Origin: an uncultured Actinomycetes bacterium
Lineage (GTDB): Bacteria > Actinomycetota > Actinomycetes > Nanopelagicales > Nanopelagicaceae
Direction: 5' to 3'
DNA: 64,000 nt
NCBI GenBank assembly: GCA_903846075.1
Contig: CAIMZW010000146.1
Span: 214-64,213 of the forward strand
Shown: positions 46,540 to 55,534 of the stretch, in pieces
Position numbering within the stretch: position 1 is the first letter of the stretch
Layout of the letters: the number at the start of each line of letters is the position of its first letter
Notes under the pieces: generated by a model
Databases searched by the model: none
What the model saw: only the letters and a program-made list of their open reading frames with translations
What the model was told of the DNA's origin: nothing
Translations under genes and position numbers: made by a program

Positions 46540-47454
46540 TTAACCTTCTCCTTGTAACTTCTTGCCAGGTGTCTTGGCTTCATCGAACATGTCGGTCTTG
46601 AAGATAACGAGCAAGGCTCCAATAAGACTTGGAACCAAGAGCATGATGGAAAGTGCCGAAGCTCCTCCGAAGTCACCTGTAGTGAAGGCGAGTGAGTAAC
46701 TCAACTGGTCAAATGACCAGGCGTTTGCAATTCCGTTGTAAACCGACGTTGTCAAAAGTTGTGGTTCAACGAAGATTTGCAGACCACCAGCAAAGACCAA
46801 AACGCCCATGTAGATGACATACTTTTTAATCAACGGCAATTTAATTCGCAACGCGAGTTGAAGACCAGTGCAACCGTCTACGCGAGCAGCTTCGACGATT
46901 TCCGTGGAAATACTCTGCAATGATCCGTATTGAATCAAAATCCAGTTACCCGCCATAGCGAAGAAGGCCATAATGGCCAAGATGTAGACCAGATTCTGGG
47001 TCTGCCAAATCTGAGTTGCTTCTTTTATTCCAAAGAAGCGAAGCACCATTTTAAATGGGCTCAGTGTTGGTTCGAGAATGACGTACCACATGAGAACGGC
47101 AACTGCTCCGGATACTGACGCCGGAATAATGTAGGCCAAGCGGAGATATTTCTTCCATTTGGAGTTGTTCACGTCGAGCATGAGAGCCATACCGATAACA
47201 AAAACGATCATCAACGGTACAAAGATAAGCATGAATCCGCCTACATGCTTTGCGGCGGTGGCAAATCGGAAGTCGTGGAGGACAATCCAGAACGCATCAA
47301 AACCACCGTTTGGGTTGGTGAGCGATTTAGCTGGAATTTCAAAGAAGGCCATTATCAACGGCACTACGCCAAGAAACAATAACAACAACAAGTACGGCGC
47401 CAACATGACAATCATCAATGTCTTGCGCTGTTTGTACTTCTTCACTCTTGCCAT
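46540..47454 (-). CDS. Carbohydrate ABC transporter permease (MalF-like)
   Basis: EAA loop EAARVDGCTGLQLALRIKLPL. Six TM helices. Confidence 0.85.
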   Translation of the reverse strand: MARVKKYKQRKTLMIVMLAPYLLLLLFLGVVPLIMAFFEIPAKSLTNPNGGFDAFWIVLHDFRFATAAKHVGGFMLIFVPLMIVFVIGMALMLDVNNSKWKKYLRLAYIIPASVSGAVAVLMWYVILEPTLSPFKMVLRFFGIKEATQIWQTQNLVYILAIMAFFAMAGNWILIQYGSLQSISTEIVEAARVDGCTGLQLALRIKLPLIKKYVIYMGVLVFAGGLQIFVEPQLLTTSVYNGIANAWSFDQLSYSLAFTTGDFGGASALSIMLLVPSLIGALLVIFKTDMFDEAKTPGKKLQGEG

Positions 47455-47541
47455 TAAAAAGACCTCTCTCGGATCACAAACTTTTTTTCTAGCACTTGCC
47501 CACTTCTAGAACTTAAAGAGAAGGCTTAATTCTCGTTGGAA

Positions 47542-47569
47542 GCGGCGGGTTGGTCTCCCAGCCCGCCGC
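47542..47569 (-). other. GC-rich intercistronic stem-loop between the SBP and permease genes
   Basis: GCGGCGGG-N12-CCCGCCGC with no U-tract. Position is typical of mRNA-stabilising hairpins after ABC SBP genes. Confidence 0.5.
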
Positions 47570-47601
47570 AACCACTTCTCATTCAATTGCTTGAATGTTT
47601 A

Positions 47602-48927
47602 TTAGGACTTACTTACCTCGTAGCCCAATTGCTGAGCGAGGTTAGAGATGTATGTCGCGTATGCATCTAGTGCACCTTGCAGATTTCCATCTTTAGCTAA
47701 GGCTGGTGAGAACGCGGCACCCCATGCACCATTGGTGTCATAGCGGACTGGCTTCTCGCCTGGGAATACCTTGTTAGCTTGTGCAGCCATTGCAGGGTAA
47801 GGGCTTGAGGCCCAGAAAGTATCTGCATTGACCTTAGCGGCCCAGAGCTTATTTCCTGGTCCGTAAGCTGGGAATGTTGGTGCACCATGGCTTCCGTCTG
47901 GGTTGGTTACAGTGACAAGATTTCGCTTGTCGCCAACCATGAACATTGCGAATGCAACAGCTTCCTTAGGGAACTTGGAGTGAGGTGAAACGGTATAGAT
48001 ACCGCCACCATATTCACCAGAGTAGTTGACCTTCTCGCCATCCCAGATTGGCATTGGAGCGGCAGTCCACTCGCCAGCCTTTACTGCGTATGAAGAGGCA
48101 GGACGAAGAACGAAGTCTCCGTACCATGATGGTCCGATGTTGGCGACAAGCTTGCCGGCTTGGCCGACATCCTTGATGAAGCCAGCATCAAATGGTGAAC
48201 GTGGGTCGTAGACCTTGGCATCGATCAGTGGTTGCAGTGCCTTTGTGACACGGGTGCAATGTGGATCGTGGCTGTTGATAACGACACGGGTTGATGACTT
48301 CGCTGCGTTCAATGGGCATTGTGATGGCCAGAAGTAGGAAGAGTTAGCTGCTTGATCGCCAAGAGCACCGAGGGAATATCCTGGGTGATTCTTAGCCAAG
48401 TCGGCGCCAATTGCGAAGAGTTCGCTCATCTTTGTTGGAACGGTGTAACCGAATTGCTTGAAGAGTGCCGTGTTGTACCAAAGAACTGTTTGGGCCAAGT
48501 CATTCTTAATGCAATAGGTCTTTCCGTCAGCACCCTTACACCAGTTGTTTCCGTTTCCGAAAGCCTTCCATGTGCTGGCAGGTAGCAAACTATCCAATGC
48601 CATCGCATCATTGATGAGTGGGTTATTCAAGACTGCAACGTCATTTGGTGGACCGAAGACAACATCTGGCCAACCCTTTTTAATGCGGTTAAACAACTGC
48701 ACCTTGGCTAAAAGATCACCTTGCGCATGCAACTCAACTTTAACGTTGACAGTTGGCGCCATGATCTTCGCATATAGCTGTGCGCCAGGAAGACGAGGGG
48801 CGTCTACCCAGATCAGGATCGATGGCTTTGCAGCTTGTGCCGCAATTGGAGAAACCATAGTTCCACCAATTACTAGGGCTGCAGCAGCCGCGATAAGCGA
48901 ATACTTGCGTTTCAAGTGTTGCCTCAT
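47602..48927 (-). CDS. Sugar ABC transporter substrate-binding protein (secreted)
   Basis: Signal peptide MRQHLKRKYSLIAAAAALVIGGTMVSPIAAQA. Family 1 SBP length. No ATPase gene in the locus. Confidence 0.75.
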   Translation of the reverse strand: MRQHLKRKYSLIAAAAALVIGGTMVSPIAAQAAKPSILIWVDAPRLPGAQLYAKIMAPTVNVKVELHAQGDLLAKVQLFNRIKKGWPDVVFGPPNDVAVLNNPLINDAMALDSLLPASTWKAFGNGNNWCKGADGKTYCIKNDLAQTVLWYNTALFKQFGYTVPTKMSELFAIGADLAKNHPGYSLGALGDQAANSSYFWPSQCPLNAAKSSTRVVINSHDPHCTRVTKALQPLIDAKVYDPRSPFDAGFIKDVGQAGKLVANIGPSWYGDFVLRPASSYAVKAGEWTAAPMPIWDGEKVNYSGEYGGGIYTVSPHSKFPKEAVAFAMFMVGDKRNLVTVTNPDGSHGAPTFPAYGPGNKLWAAKVNADTFWASSPYPAMAAQANKVFPGEKPVRYDTNGAWGAAFSPALAKDGNLQGALDAYATYISNLAQQLGYEVSKS

Positions 48928-48999
48928 TTCTCTCTCGACTGGGGTCAGCAATAAATAGTTGCGGACCTGAGTGCGCCGAACATTAGTAGGAAAATCGTA

Positions 49000-49013
49000 T
49001 TTCGTATAGTATT
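49000..49013. promoter_or_regulatory. Degenerate copy of the 14-bp palindrome (TTTCGTATAGTATT)
   Basis: 11/14 match to AATC(C/G)TATA(G/T)GATT. Located in the SBP / enolase-superfamily divergent spacer. Confidence 0.3.
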
Positions 49014-49130
49014 TTCAAAGATTTTTCTCTACGCTACATTCGTGTCGCACGGGTCAATCTGAGCGCAAAATAGCCAAGAAGGTAAGAAGGACGCGAAGTT
49101 GTTATCAAGACGTTATAAATACTGACTAGT

Positions 49131-49144
49131 AAAACTATAGGAAT
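49131..49144. promoter_or_regulatory. Degenerate copy of the 14-bp palindrome (AAAACTATAGGAAT)
   Basis: 11/14 match. Lies 37 nt upstream of ATG 49181. Confidence 0.3.
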
Positions 49145-49180
49145 TCCCGAAATTCGCGAGAAAAGGAAGTGCCGGAGAGA

Positions 49181-50266
49181 ATGAAGATTACCAACGTTCA
49201 GGTTGTACTTGTAGATCGTCCTGCCCACTCCCCTGCCTTTGTGTGGCGCCAAGGATTACCTGGATCTGATCCCGCCATCACTGTTGGTTGGCTCGTGATT
49301 GAAACAGATGCAGGTATCACCGGATTCGCACAAGCCACGCGAGGTGTGATCCTTAAAGATTATGTAGACCGCAGGTTTCGCGACGAGTTGATTGGTCAAG
49401 ACCCATTGCAACGCGAGTACTTATGGGAGCGCGCATGGGAGTTGGACCGCATCGAACGCTTCGCCCCAAATATGGCGCACGTAGTAGATGTTGCACTCTG
49501 GGATATTGCCGGCAAGGCCGCACAGTTACCGGTTTATAAGCTCTTGGGCGGTTATCGCGAATCCATTCAGGCTTATGCCTCCACCGTTACCTATTCTTCG
49601 ATTGAAGAGTTTCTCGATATCGCGGATCAATGCCTAGCACTTGGTTACCCTGCAATTAAGTTGCACGCCTTTGGTGATGCCAAAAAAGACGCATTGCTTT
49701 GCAACAAACTCCGCGAACATGTTGGGGATGAGATTCCATTGATGTATGACGGTTCGGCTGGTTTTGATTTACAAGATGCGGTCTACCTCGGTCATGCTCT
49801 CGATGCTGCAGGTTACCTTTGGTATGAAGAACCCATGCGAGAATTCAGCATCACTGCTTATAAGTGGCTCGGCGAGAGAGTCCGAGTTCCCTTGCTCTTA
49901 GGTGAAGTAACTGATGGCGCGCATATGAGCGCTGGAGATTTTGTTGCCACTGGCGTTGCAACAGGATTACGGACTAGCACATTCCTTCGTGGTGGCTTTA
50001 CCGGCGCAATGCGCATTGCCCATCTTGCAGATGCTTATCACTTACGCGCCGAGGTTCACGGTATGGGTATTGAAAGTGCGCATCTCTGTATGGCCATAAA
50101 AAACAATACGTATTACGAATCTCTTGTGTGGGGTAATCCAACAACTCGGGAGTGGTTCGTTGATGAAAATGGACTCGTCCATGCCCCTACCGATCCAGGT
50201 GTTGGATATGAAGGTCAATGGGCAATGAACGGTATCCCTGCAGGTTTGGAGAGGTTTCTTTCGTAA
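49181..50266 (+). CDS. Enolase-superfamily (mandelate racemase/muconate lactonizing-like) enzyme, specificity unknown
   Basis: Starts at MKITNV. Metal-ligand contexts MYDGSAG, WYEEP, LLGEV. IKLH replaces the usual KxK. GTG 49169 is an alternative start. Confidence 0.75.
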   Translation: MKITNVQVVLVDRPAHSPAFVWRQGLPGSDPAITVGWLVIETDAGITGFAQATRGVILKDYVDRRFRDELIGQDPLQREYLWERAWELDRIERFAPNMAHVVDVALWDIAGKAAQLPVYKLLGGYRESIQAYASTVTYSSIEEFLDIADQCLALGYPAIKLHAFGDAKKDALLCNKLREHVGDEIPLMYDGSAGFDLQDAVYLGHALDAAGYLWYEEPMREFSITAYKWLGERVRVPLLLGEVTDGAHMSAGDFVATGVATGLRTSTFLRGGFTGAMRIAHLADAYHLRAEVHGMGIESAHLCMAIKNNTYYESLVWGNPTTREWFVDENGLVHAPTDPGVGYEGQWAMNGIPAGLERFLS

Positions 50267-51586
50267 ATGACAAAAATTACCGACCTTCGGGCGATGGATG
50301 TTCGCTTCCCCACCTCCACCATGTTGGATGGTTCTGATGCGATGAATGCTGATCCCGATTATTCGGCTGCCTATCTACGTATCATTACCGATAATCCTGA
50401 ACTAACTGGAGATTCGCTAGTTTTTACTATCGGACGCGGAAATGATGTTCAAGTAAAAGCAATCGAAATCTTGATGGAGTCCATCGCAGGTCTCGATACA
50501 ACTGAAGCTTTCTACAACATTGGCCAAATCGCGAGAAAACTTTCCTCCGATAGTCAGTTGCGCTGGTTGGGTACGGATAAAGGCGTCTTTCATATGGCCG
50601 CAGGTGCCGTTCTGAATGCGCTTTGGGATCTCTTTGCCAAAGAACGAAAAATGCCGCTCTGGAAATTACTCTCCCATATGTCGCCGGAAGAACTCGTCGC
50701 AGCAGTGGATTTTCGTTACATCTCTGACGCGCTCACGCCATCAGAGGCCACCAGGCTTCTCAATAAGCAACTCCCCTTTCGAGCGGCCAATGAAGAGAAA
50801 TTAATTCAGAATGGTTTACGGGCGTATACAACTACCCCTGGTTGGCTGGGCTACGACGATGAAAAGATGTTGCGATTGACTAGTGAAGCAATTGACTCTG
50901 GATTCACGCTCGTAAAATATAAGTGCGGTAAATCAATTGAAGATGACCGTCGCCGATTACGCAAAGTTCGAGAATTAGTAGGGCCAGAATTTCGAATAGC
51001 AATTGATGCCAACCAAGTTTGGGATGTTAACCAAGCGATTGAGTGGATTAATCAGTTACAGGAATTCAACTTAACCTGGGTAGAAGAACCGACACACCCT
51101 GATGACGTGGTCGGACATTCCACGATTGCTAAAGCGGTCTCCCCCACCCCGATTGCCACTGGGGAACATGGAGCCAATCGCATTATGTTTAAACAGTTAC
51201 TGCAGTTAAAAGGTCTTTCCATTATGCAGATTGATGCGACTCGAGTTGCTGGAGTTAATGAAAATATTGCCAACGTTCTTCTGGCTGCCAAATATGACAT
51301 CCCAGTCTGTCCACACGCGGGGGGAATTGGCCTCTGTGAAATGGTTCAACATATTGCGATGTTCGATGCGGTAGCGGTCTCGGGACATCATGACCGTAGA
51401 GTCGTGGAATATGTGGATCATTTGCACGAGCATTTTATTGAACCAACAAATATTCTCAATGGACAGTATCGCGCTCCCCAGTTACCTGGATCAGGGGCAC
51501 AAATGTTGGACTCCAGTATTGACCGCTATCTCTTTCCTACTGGTCAATATTGGCTCAATCCGCAACAAGAGAGTGGAGTGGCATAA
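50267..51586 (+). CDS. fucD: L-fuconate dehydratase (enolase superfamily)
   Basis: 439 aa. N-terminus DVRFPTS..DGSDAMN.DPDYSAAY matches my recollection of the Xanthomonas FucD. KYK (KxK), AIDANQ, WVEEP, ATGEH, CPHAGG. Confidence 0.8.
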   Translation: MTKITDLRAMDVRFPTSTMLDGSDAMNADPDYSAAYLRIITDNPELTGDSLVFTIGRGNDVQVKAIEILMESIAGLDTTEAFYNIGQIARKLSSDSQLRWLGTDKGVFHMAAGAVLNALWDLFAKERKMPLWKLLSHMSPEELVAAVDFRYISDALTPSEATRLLNKQLPFRAANEEKLIQNGLRAYTTTPGWLGYDDEKMLRLTSEAIDSGFTLVKYKCGKSIEDDRRRLRKVRELVGPEFRIAIDANQVWDVNQAIEWINQLQEFNLTWVEEPTHPDDVVGHSTIAKAVSPTPIATGEHGANRIMFKQLLQLKGLSIMQIDATRVAGVNENIANVLLAAKYDIPVCPHAGGIGLCEMVQHIAMFDAVAVSGHHDRRVVEYVDHLHEHFIEPTNILNGQYRAPQLPGSGAQMLDSSIDRYLFPTGQYWLNPQQESGVA

Positions 51587-52336
51587 ATGAGTACAGAGTT
51601 CACTGGACTAACAGCGGTCGTCACAGGTGCCGGATCCGGCATCGGTTTGGCGGTTAGCAAAGCTCTCCACGCGGCCGGTGCAAAGGTCTTCGGTTTGGAT
51701 ATTCAGAGCGGGGATATGGAAGGAGTTGCCACCTGGATTGAGTGCGACGTCGGAGAGACCTCCAGCGTTCAGAGAGCATTCGAACGTATTAGTTCCGAAA
51801 CCTCTGTCATCGATATCTTGGCGAATAACGCTGGGATTGGCGCAGTCGGAACGGTCGCAGATGCCACCGATGACGAGTGGTATCGCGTCATGAATATCAA
51901 TGTTGCAGGAATTGGCCGGGTAACCACCGCGGCGCTTCCGCTCCTTCGTCAATCTGTTGCTGCCTCGATCGTTAACACCTGTTCGATCGCGGCTACCGCT
52001 GGGCTACCTAAACGAGCCGTCTATAGCGCGAGCAAAGGCGCGGTCATGTCTCTCACCAGGGCGATGGCGGCTGACTTGGTCAACGAAAAAATCCGAGTCA
52101 ATTGCGTCAACCCCGGAACGGCAGATACCCCTTGGGTCGAACGACTTCTCTCCTTGGCTGATGATCCAGGCGCCGAACGTGCAGCCCTAGAAGCTCGCCA
52201 ACCATTGGGTCGCCTAGTCTCGGCTCCAGAAGTTGCCCGAGCCATTCTTTATTTGGCCAGCCCATATCAAGCATCAACCACCGGCACAGTCTTAGCCGTC
52301 GATGGTGGAATGCATGGACTACGATTACCCAAGTAG
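51587..52336 (+). CDS. SDR oxidoreductase (2-keto-3-deoxy-L-fuconate 4-dehydrogenase role inferred)
   Basis: TGAGSGIG cofactor motif and YSASK catalytic YxxxK. Immediately follows fucD. Confidence 0.75.
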   Translation: MSTEFTGLTAVVTGAGSGIGLAVSKALHAAGAKVFGLDIQSGDMEGVATWIECDVGETSSVQRAFERISSETSVIDILANNAGIGAVGTVADATDDEWYRVMNINVAGIGRVTTAALPLLRQSVAASIVNTCSIAATAGLPKRAVYSASKGAVMSLTRAMAADLVNEKIRVNCVNPGTADTPWVERLLSLADDPGAERAALEARQPLGRLVSAPEVARAILYLASPYQASTTGTVLAVDGGMHGLRLPK

Positions 52337-52387
52337 AAAGCGCTATCACGACGATGTCTAGCGGCCCACCTAACTGGAGCAGGTTCC

Positions 52388-53155
52388 TTGAATAGAGCAA
52401 CTGCGCAAGCCGAAAAGATTGGCCCACGTCGTTCCGTTCTCTCTGACGAAACGTACGAGATGGTTAAGGCCATGATTTTTTCTCATGAAATCGCACCGGG
52501 CCAGCGAGTAAATATTGATGCCCTCTCCCTTCGTCTGGGAGTCTCCCAAACGCCGATTCGTGAAGCACTTGCCAGACTTGAATCAGATGGGCTCATCGCT
52601 AAAGAACCATTGAAAGGCTATTCCGCAACAAACCTTCTCACAGTAAAAGAGTTTGATGACCTCTTTCGCTTTCGTCTTCTCATCGAACCTTGGGCGGCTG
52701 AACAAGCAGCGAAAAATATTTCTAATACCGGCAAAGCTGCGATCAGAGCGGAAATGTTAATCGCAAAGGAAGCGCTGAAGTTTGACTCTAATAGCAAAAT
52801 CGAAGCCCTGACCGAGCACGATGCCCGCTTTCATACTTTGATAACCCAACTATCCGGAAATGCATCTCTGGCTCAATCTTTCGAACGAACGCACTGCCAC
52901 CTTCATCTCTTCCGACTTTTCGTCGCCAATCAAAAGAACCTCATCGAAGCAACTGATCGCCCGCAATTCGTTCAAGAGTTATTCGAACAGTATTACCAAT
53001 CTGGCTCAGGACAACTTGCGATTAAACAACACAATGAAATTGCGCGAGCAATTATTGGTGGCGAGCAGAAAATTGCCCGTCAGGCAATGCACGATCACAT
53101 TGAATCTTCACTCAAGCGCTTTTCACCTGCCGCTGAAGCAATCAACGAACTATAA
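52388..53155 (+). CDS. GntR-family transcriptional regulator (FadR/FCD subfamily)
   Basis: N-terminal wHTH LSLRLGVSQTPIREALARLESDGLI. All-helical C-terminal domain. TTG start per the ORF track. Confidence 0.8.
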   Translation: MNRATAQAEKIGPRRSVLSDETYEMVKAMIFSHEIAPGQRVNIDALSLRLGVSQTPIREALARLESDGLIAKEPLKGYSATNLLTVKEFDDLFRFRLLIEPWAAEQAAKNISNTGKAAIRAEMLIAKEALKFDSNSKIEALTEHDARFHTLITQLSGNASLAQSFERTHCHLHLFRLFVANQKNLIEATDRPQFVQELFEQYYQSGSGQLAIKQHNEIARAIIGGEQKIARQAMHDHIESSLKRFSPAAEAINEL

Positions 53156-53204
53156 AAAACCCGCGAGTTATTTGACATTACTACACCCTTTTTGGGTATG
53201 CTCT

Positions 53205-53218
53205 AATCCTATAGGATT
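53205..53218. promoter_or_regulatory. Perfect 14-bp palindrome AATCCTATAGGATT (candidate GntR operator)
   Basis: Lies 17 nt upstream of ATG 53235 and immediately downstream of the GntR gene. Confidence 0.55.
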
Positions 53219-53234
53219 TTAAAGGGAGCCGATA

Positions 53235-54356
53235 ATGTCTGATAGCCAAATCGCAAGTATCGAAATCAGGGCCTGCAGGGGCGGAGACGAATTAAAAAAT
53301 CTCGACGCCGTTTCTGCCGTGCAGTTACCGGGGGGTTCTCGCCCTGATTTCACGGTCATCACCATTACGACTACCGATGGAGTGACGGGGACATCGTTTG
53401 GCTTTGGTGCCTTAGACGCCAAAGCTGCAGCAGCAACGATGTCCCAAGTCAAACCATTCTTTATTGGACGTTCAGCTCATGACGGTGCGAAAAATATGAA
53501 GGAGTTCGAACTCTTCGATCGCCGTTGGAATCACGTTCCTATTTACTCTTACGCACCTTTTGATAACGCGTGTTGGGACATCGTAGGAAAGATGGCGCAC
53601 CAACCTGTATATCGCTTGCTTGGCGCTTCGCGCGAGAAAGTTCCACTTTATGTAAGTTCTATGTTCTTGCCAGGACCTGATGAATATGTAGCGCAAGCTT
53701 TAGCAGTCAAAGCTAAAGGATATAAGGGCTACAAGCTCCATCCCCCAGGGATCCTCGACTTGGATATTGCTTGCTACCGCGCAGTTCGCGAAGCAGTTGG
53801 AGATGACTTCACACTGATGGCAGATCCAGTAATCAGTTACACCTACGAACAGGCTCTTAAGGCTGGCCGGGAATTGGAAAAACTCAATTTCCGTTGGCTG
53901 GAAGAGCCTCTGCTCGATGTGAATTTCAATGGTCTGCGCAAATTGCGGGAGAAATTAGATATACCGATCTGCGGTACCGAAGTAGTCGCAGGGGCTCATT
54001 ACTCCACTGCTCATTACATCAAGGAAGATCTAGCGGATATCGTTCGAACTGACGTTTCTTGGCGAGGTGGCATCACTGCAGTTATGAAGACTGCCCATGT
54101 TGCAGAAGCCTTCGGAGTTCAATGCGAACTTCACACAACCATTTACCATGCGATGGAGCAGATTCAAATCCATCCCTCATTGGCAATGGTGAACTGCGAA
54201 TTCTTTGAAACTCTCTTCCCCTTCGATGACTTTGAGTTCGGGACCAAATCACAACTCAATATTGAAGATGGATACGTTCTTGCCCCAAAGGGTGAGGGTC
54301 TCTGTATTGACTATGACTGGGATTTCATTGACGCCCACACAGTGGCAATTCTCTAA
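53235..54356 (+). CDS. Enolase-superfamily enzyme, specificity unknown (paralog type of 49181-50266)
   Basis: LMADP, WLEEP and CGTEV metal-ligand contexts. YKLH replaces KxK. Confidence 0.75.
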   Translation: MSDSQIASIEIRACRGGDELKNLDAVSAVQLPGGSRPDFTVITITTTDGVTGTSFGFGALDAKAAAATMSQVKPFFIGRSAHDGAKNMKEFELFDRRWNHVPIYSYAPFDNACWDIVGKMAHQPVYRLLGASREKVPLYVSSMFLPGPDEYVAQALAVKAKGYKGYKLHPPGILDLDIACYRAVREAVGDDFTLMADPVISYTYEQALKAGRELEKLNFRWLEEPLLDVNFNGLRKLREKLDIPICGTEVVAGAHYSTAHYIKEDLADIVRTDVSWRGGITAVMKTAHVAEAFGVQCELHTTIYHAMEQIQIHPSLAMVNCEFFETLFPFDDFEFGTKSQLNIEDGYVLAPKGEGLCIDYDWDFIDAHTVAIL

Positions 54357-54371
54357 TCACTAAAAACTTAT

Positions 54372-54406
54372 AAGGGCGGATTCTTAAATGGATTCGCCCT
54401 TTTTTG
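54372..54406 (+). terminator. Intrinsic terminator after the enolase-superfamily gene
   Basis: AAGGGCG...CGCCCTT followed by TTTTTG. Overlaps the 3' end of the convergent MFS gene. Confidence 0.6.
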
Positions 54407-55517
54407 TTGCGACAAAAAGCATGGTCGCCACAAGAAGAATCCCAAAGGTCATGGAGTAGGCGTAAGAGAAACCGAGCGAGTCGCTGATGACTCCTACGAT
54501 CCACGGGCCAACGCCAATAGCAATTGCGGCGCCAATGACATTTGCGGAGACTCCAACATCAGCCCCATGAGGGTTATCTGCGGCCAACGCCACTGCGATC
54601 GCTCCGAGTGGTCCGATTCCAAGGGCAGCCACGACTAATCCAATGACAGTCGCCGGACCACTTCGCGTTATGACAATGGTCAGCAATCCGCTCCCCGCTA
54701 TAACGGTGGAAATAAACCAAATCTTTGTCATCCCGACTCGAACAAGGAAGGAGAAGAAGAGTCGACTGGTGGCGATTCCATAACTGATAAAGGATGCGAA
54801 AATCAGGGCAGCCGCATTTGCAATCTTCCGTTGAGTCATCAGATCAAGAGCCCAAGCCCCGGCCCCAACTTCCAGCATATTTGCGGTGAATCCGAGAACC
54901 AGCAGCAACTTCAACTGTCGATCAAAAGTCATCTTCTCTTTATGGGTAGCTGGCGAACGATCTGGAACTTCAGGCACGACCCAATAGCCAATTCCAGCCA
55001 CAATTGCCGTAATAATAAAGAGCGTAATGCGCCAAGAAACTCCTTGGCCAACCAGTGTTCCAATGAGAAGCGGTGCGCAGGCTCCCCCTGCAGTACCTAT
55101 CCCGGCAGCTCGAAGCATCAACGTTAAAGAACTGCCCTTACCTTGGCTCAATGTTGCCGCATTCGTATTGTTAAAGAGCGTTGCACCGAGGGCACATATT
55201 CCATAACCCGGAATGGAAATCCAAATGTTTGGAGCCGTGGTAAAAATCGCAACGCCAATAAAAACAACCACCCAACCTGATCGCATAACTTTAGATGGAG
55301 TGAATCGAGAGATGATGCGGGCAAGGTAATAGGAACTGAGCATGAGAAGAAATGCGAAAACCAAGTTGTGAATCGAAGCGGCGGCCCTGGAGATGTGAAA
55401 GTCCCGTTTGACTAACGGTACGCAATACCCGAGTCCATACATGAGAAATCCCATGGCACCAGCGAGCCCAAGAAGGCGTCGCTGAATCTCTGGTTTGTTC
55501 TCTGATGTCTGAGGCAC
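54384..55517 (-). CDS. MFS transporter
   Basis: 377 aa, about 12 TM helices, no soluble domain. Confidence 0.7.
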   Translation of the reverse strand: MPQTSENKPEIQRRLLGLAGAMGFLMYGLGYCVPLVKRDFHISRAAASIHNLVFAFLLMLSSYYLARIISRFTPSKVMRSGWVVVFIGVAIFTTAPNIWISIPGYGICALGATLFNNTNAATLSQGKGSSLTLMLRAAGIGTAGGACAPLLIGTLVGQGVSWRITLFIITAIVAGIGYWVVPEVPDRSPATHKEKMTFDRQLKLLLVLGFTANMLEVGAGAWALDLMTQRKIANAAALIFASFISYGIATSRLFFSFLVRVGMTKIWFISTVIAGSGLLTIVITRSGPATVIGLVVAALGIGPLGAIAVALAADNPHGADVGVSANVIGAAIAIGVGPWIVGVISDSLGFSYAYSMTFGILLVATMLFVATKKGESI

Positions 55518-55534
55518 GAGATTAAATAATCAGA

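Noticed and set aside
49034-49252. 72-aa minus-strand ORF in the SBP / enolase divergent promoter.
   Set aside because: It overlaps the start of the enolase-superfamily gene, has no motif, and covers the candidate operator sites. It is most likely non-coding.
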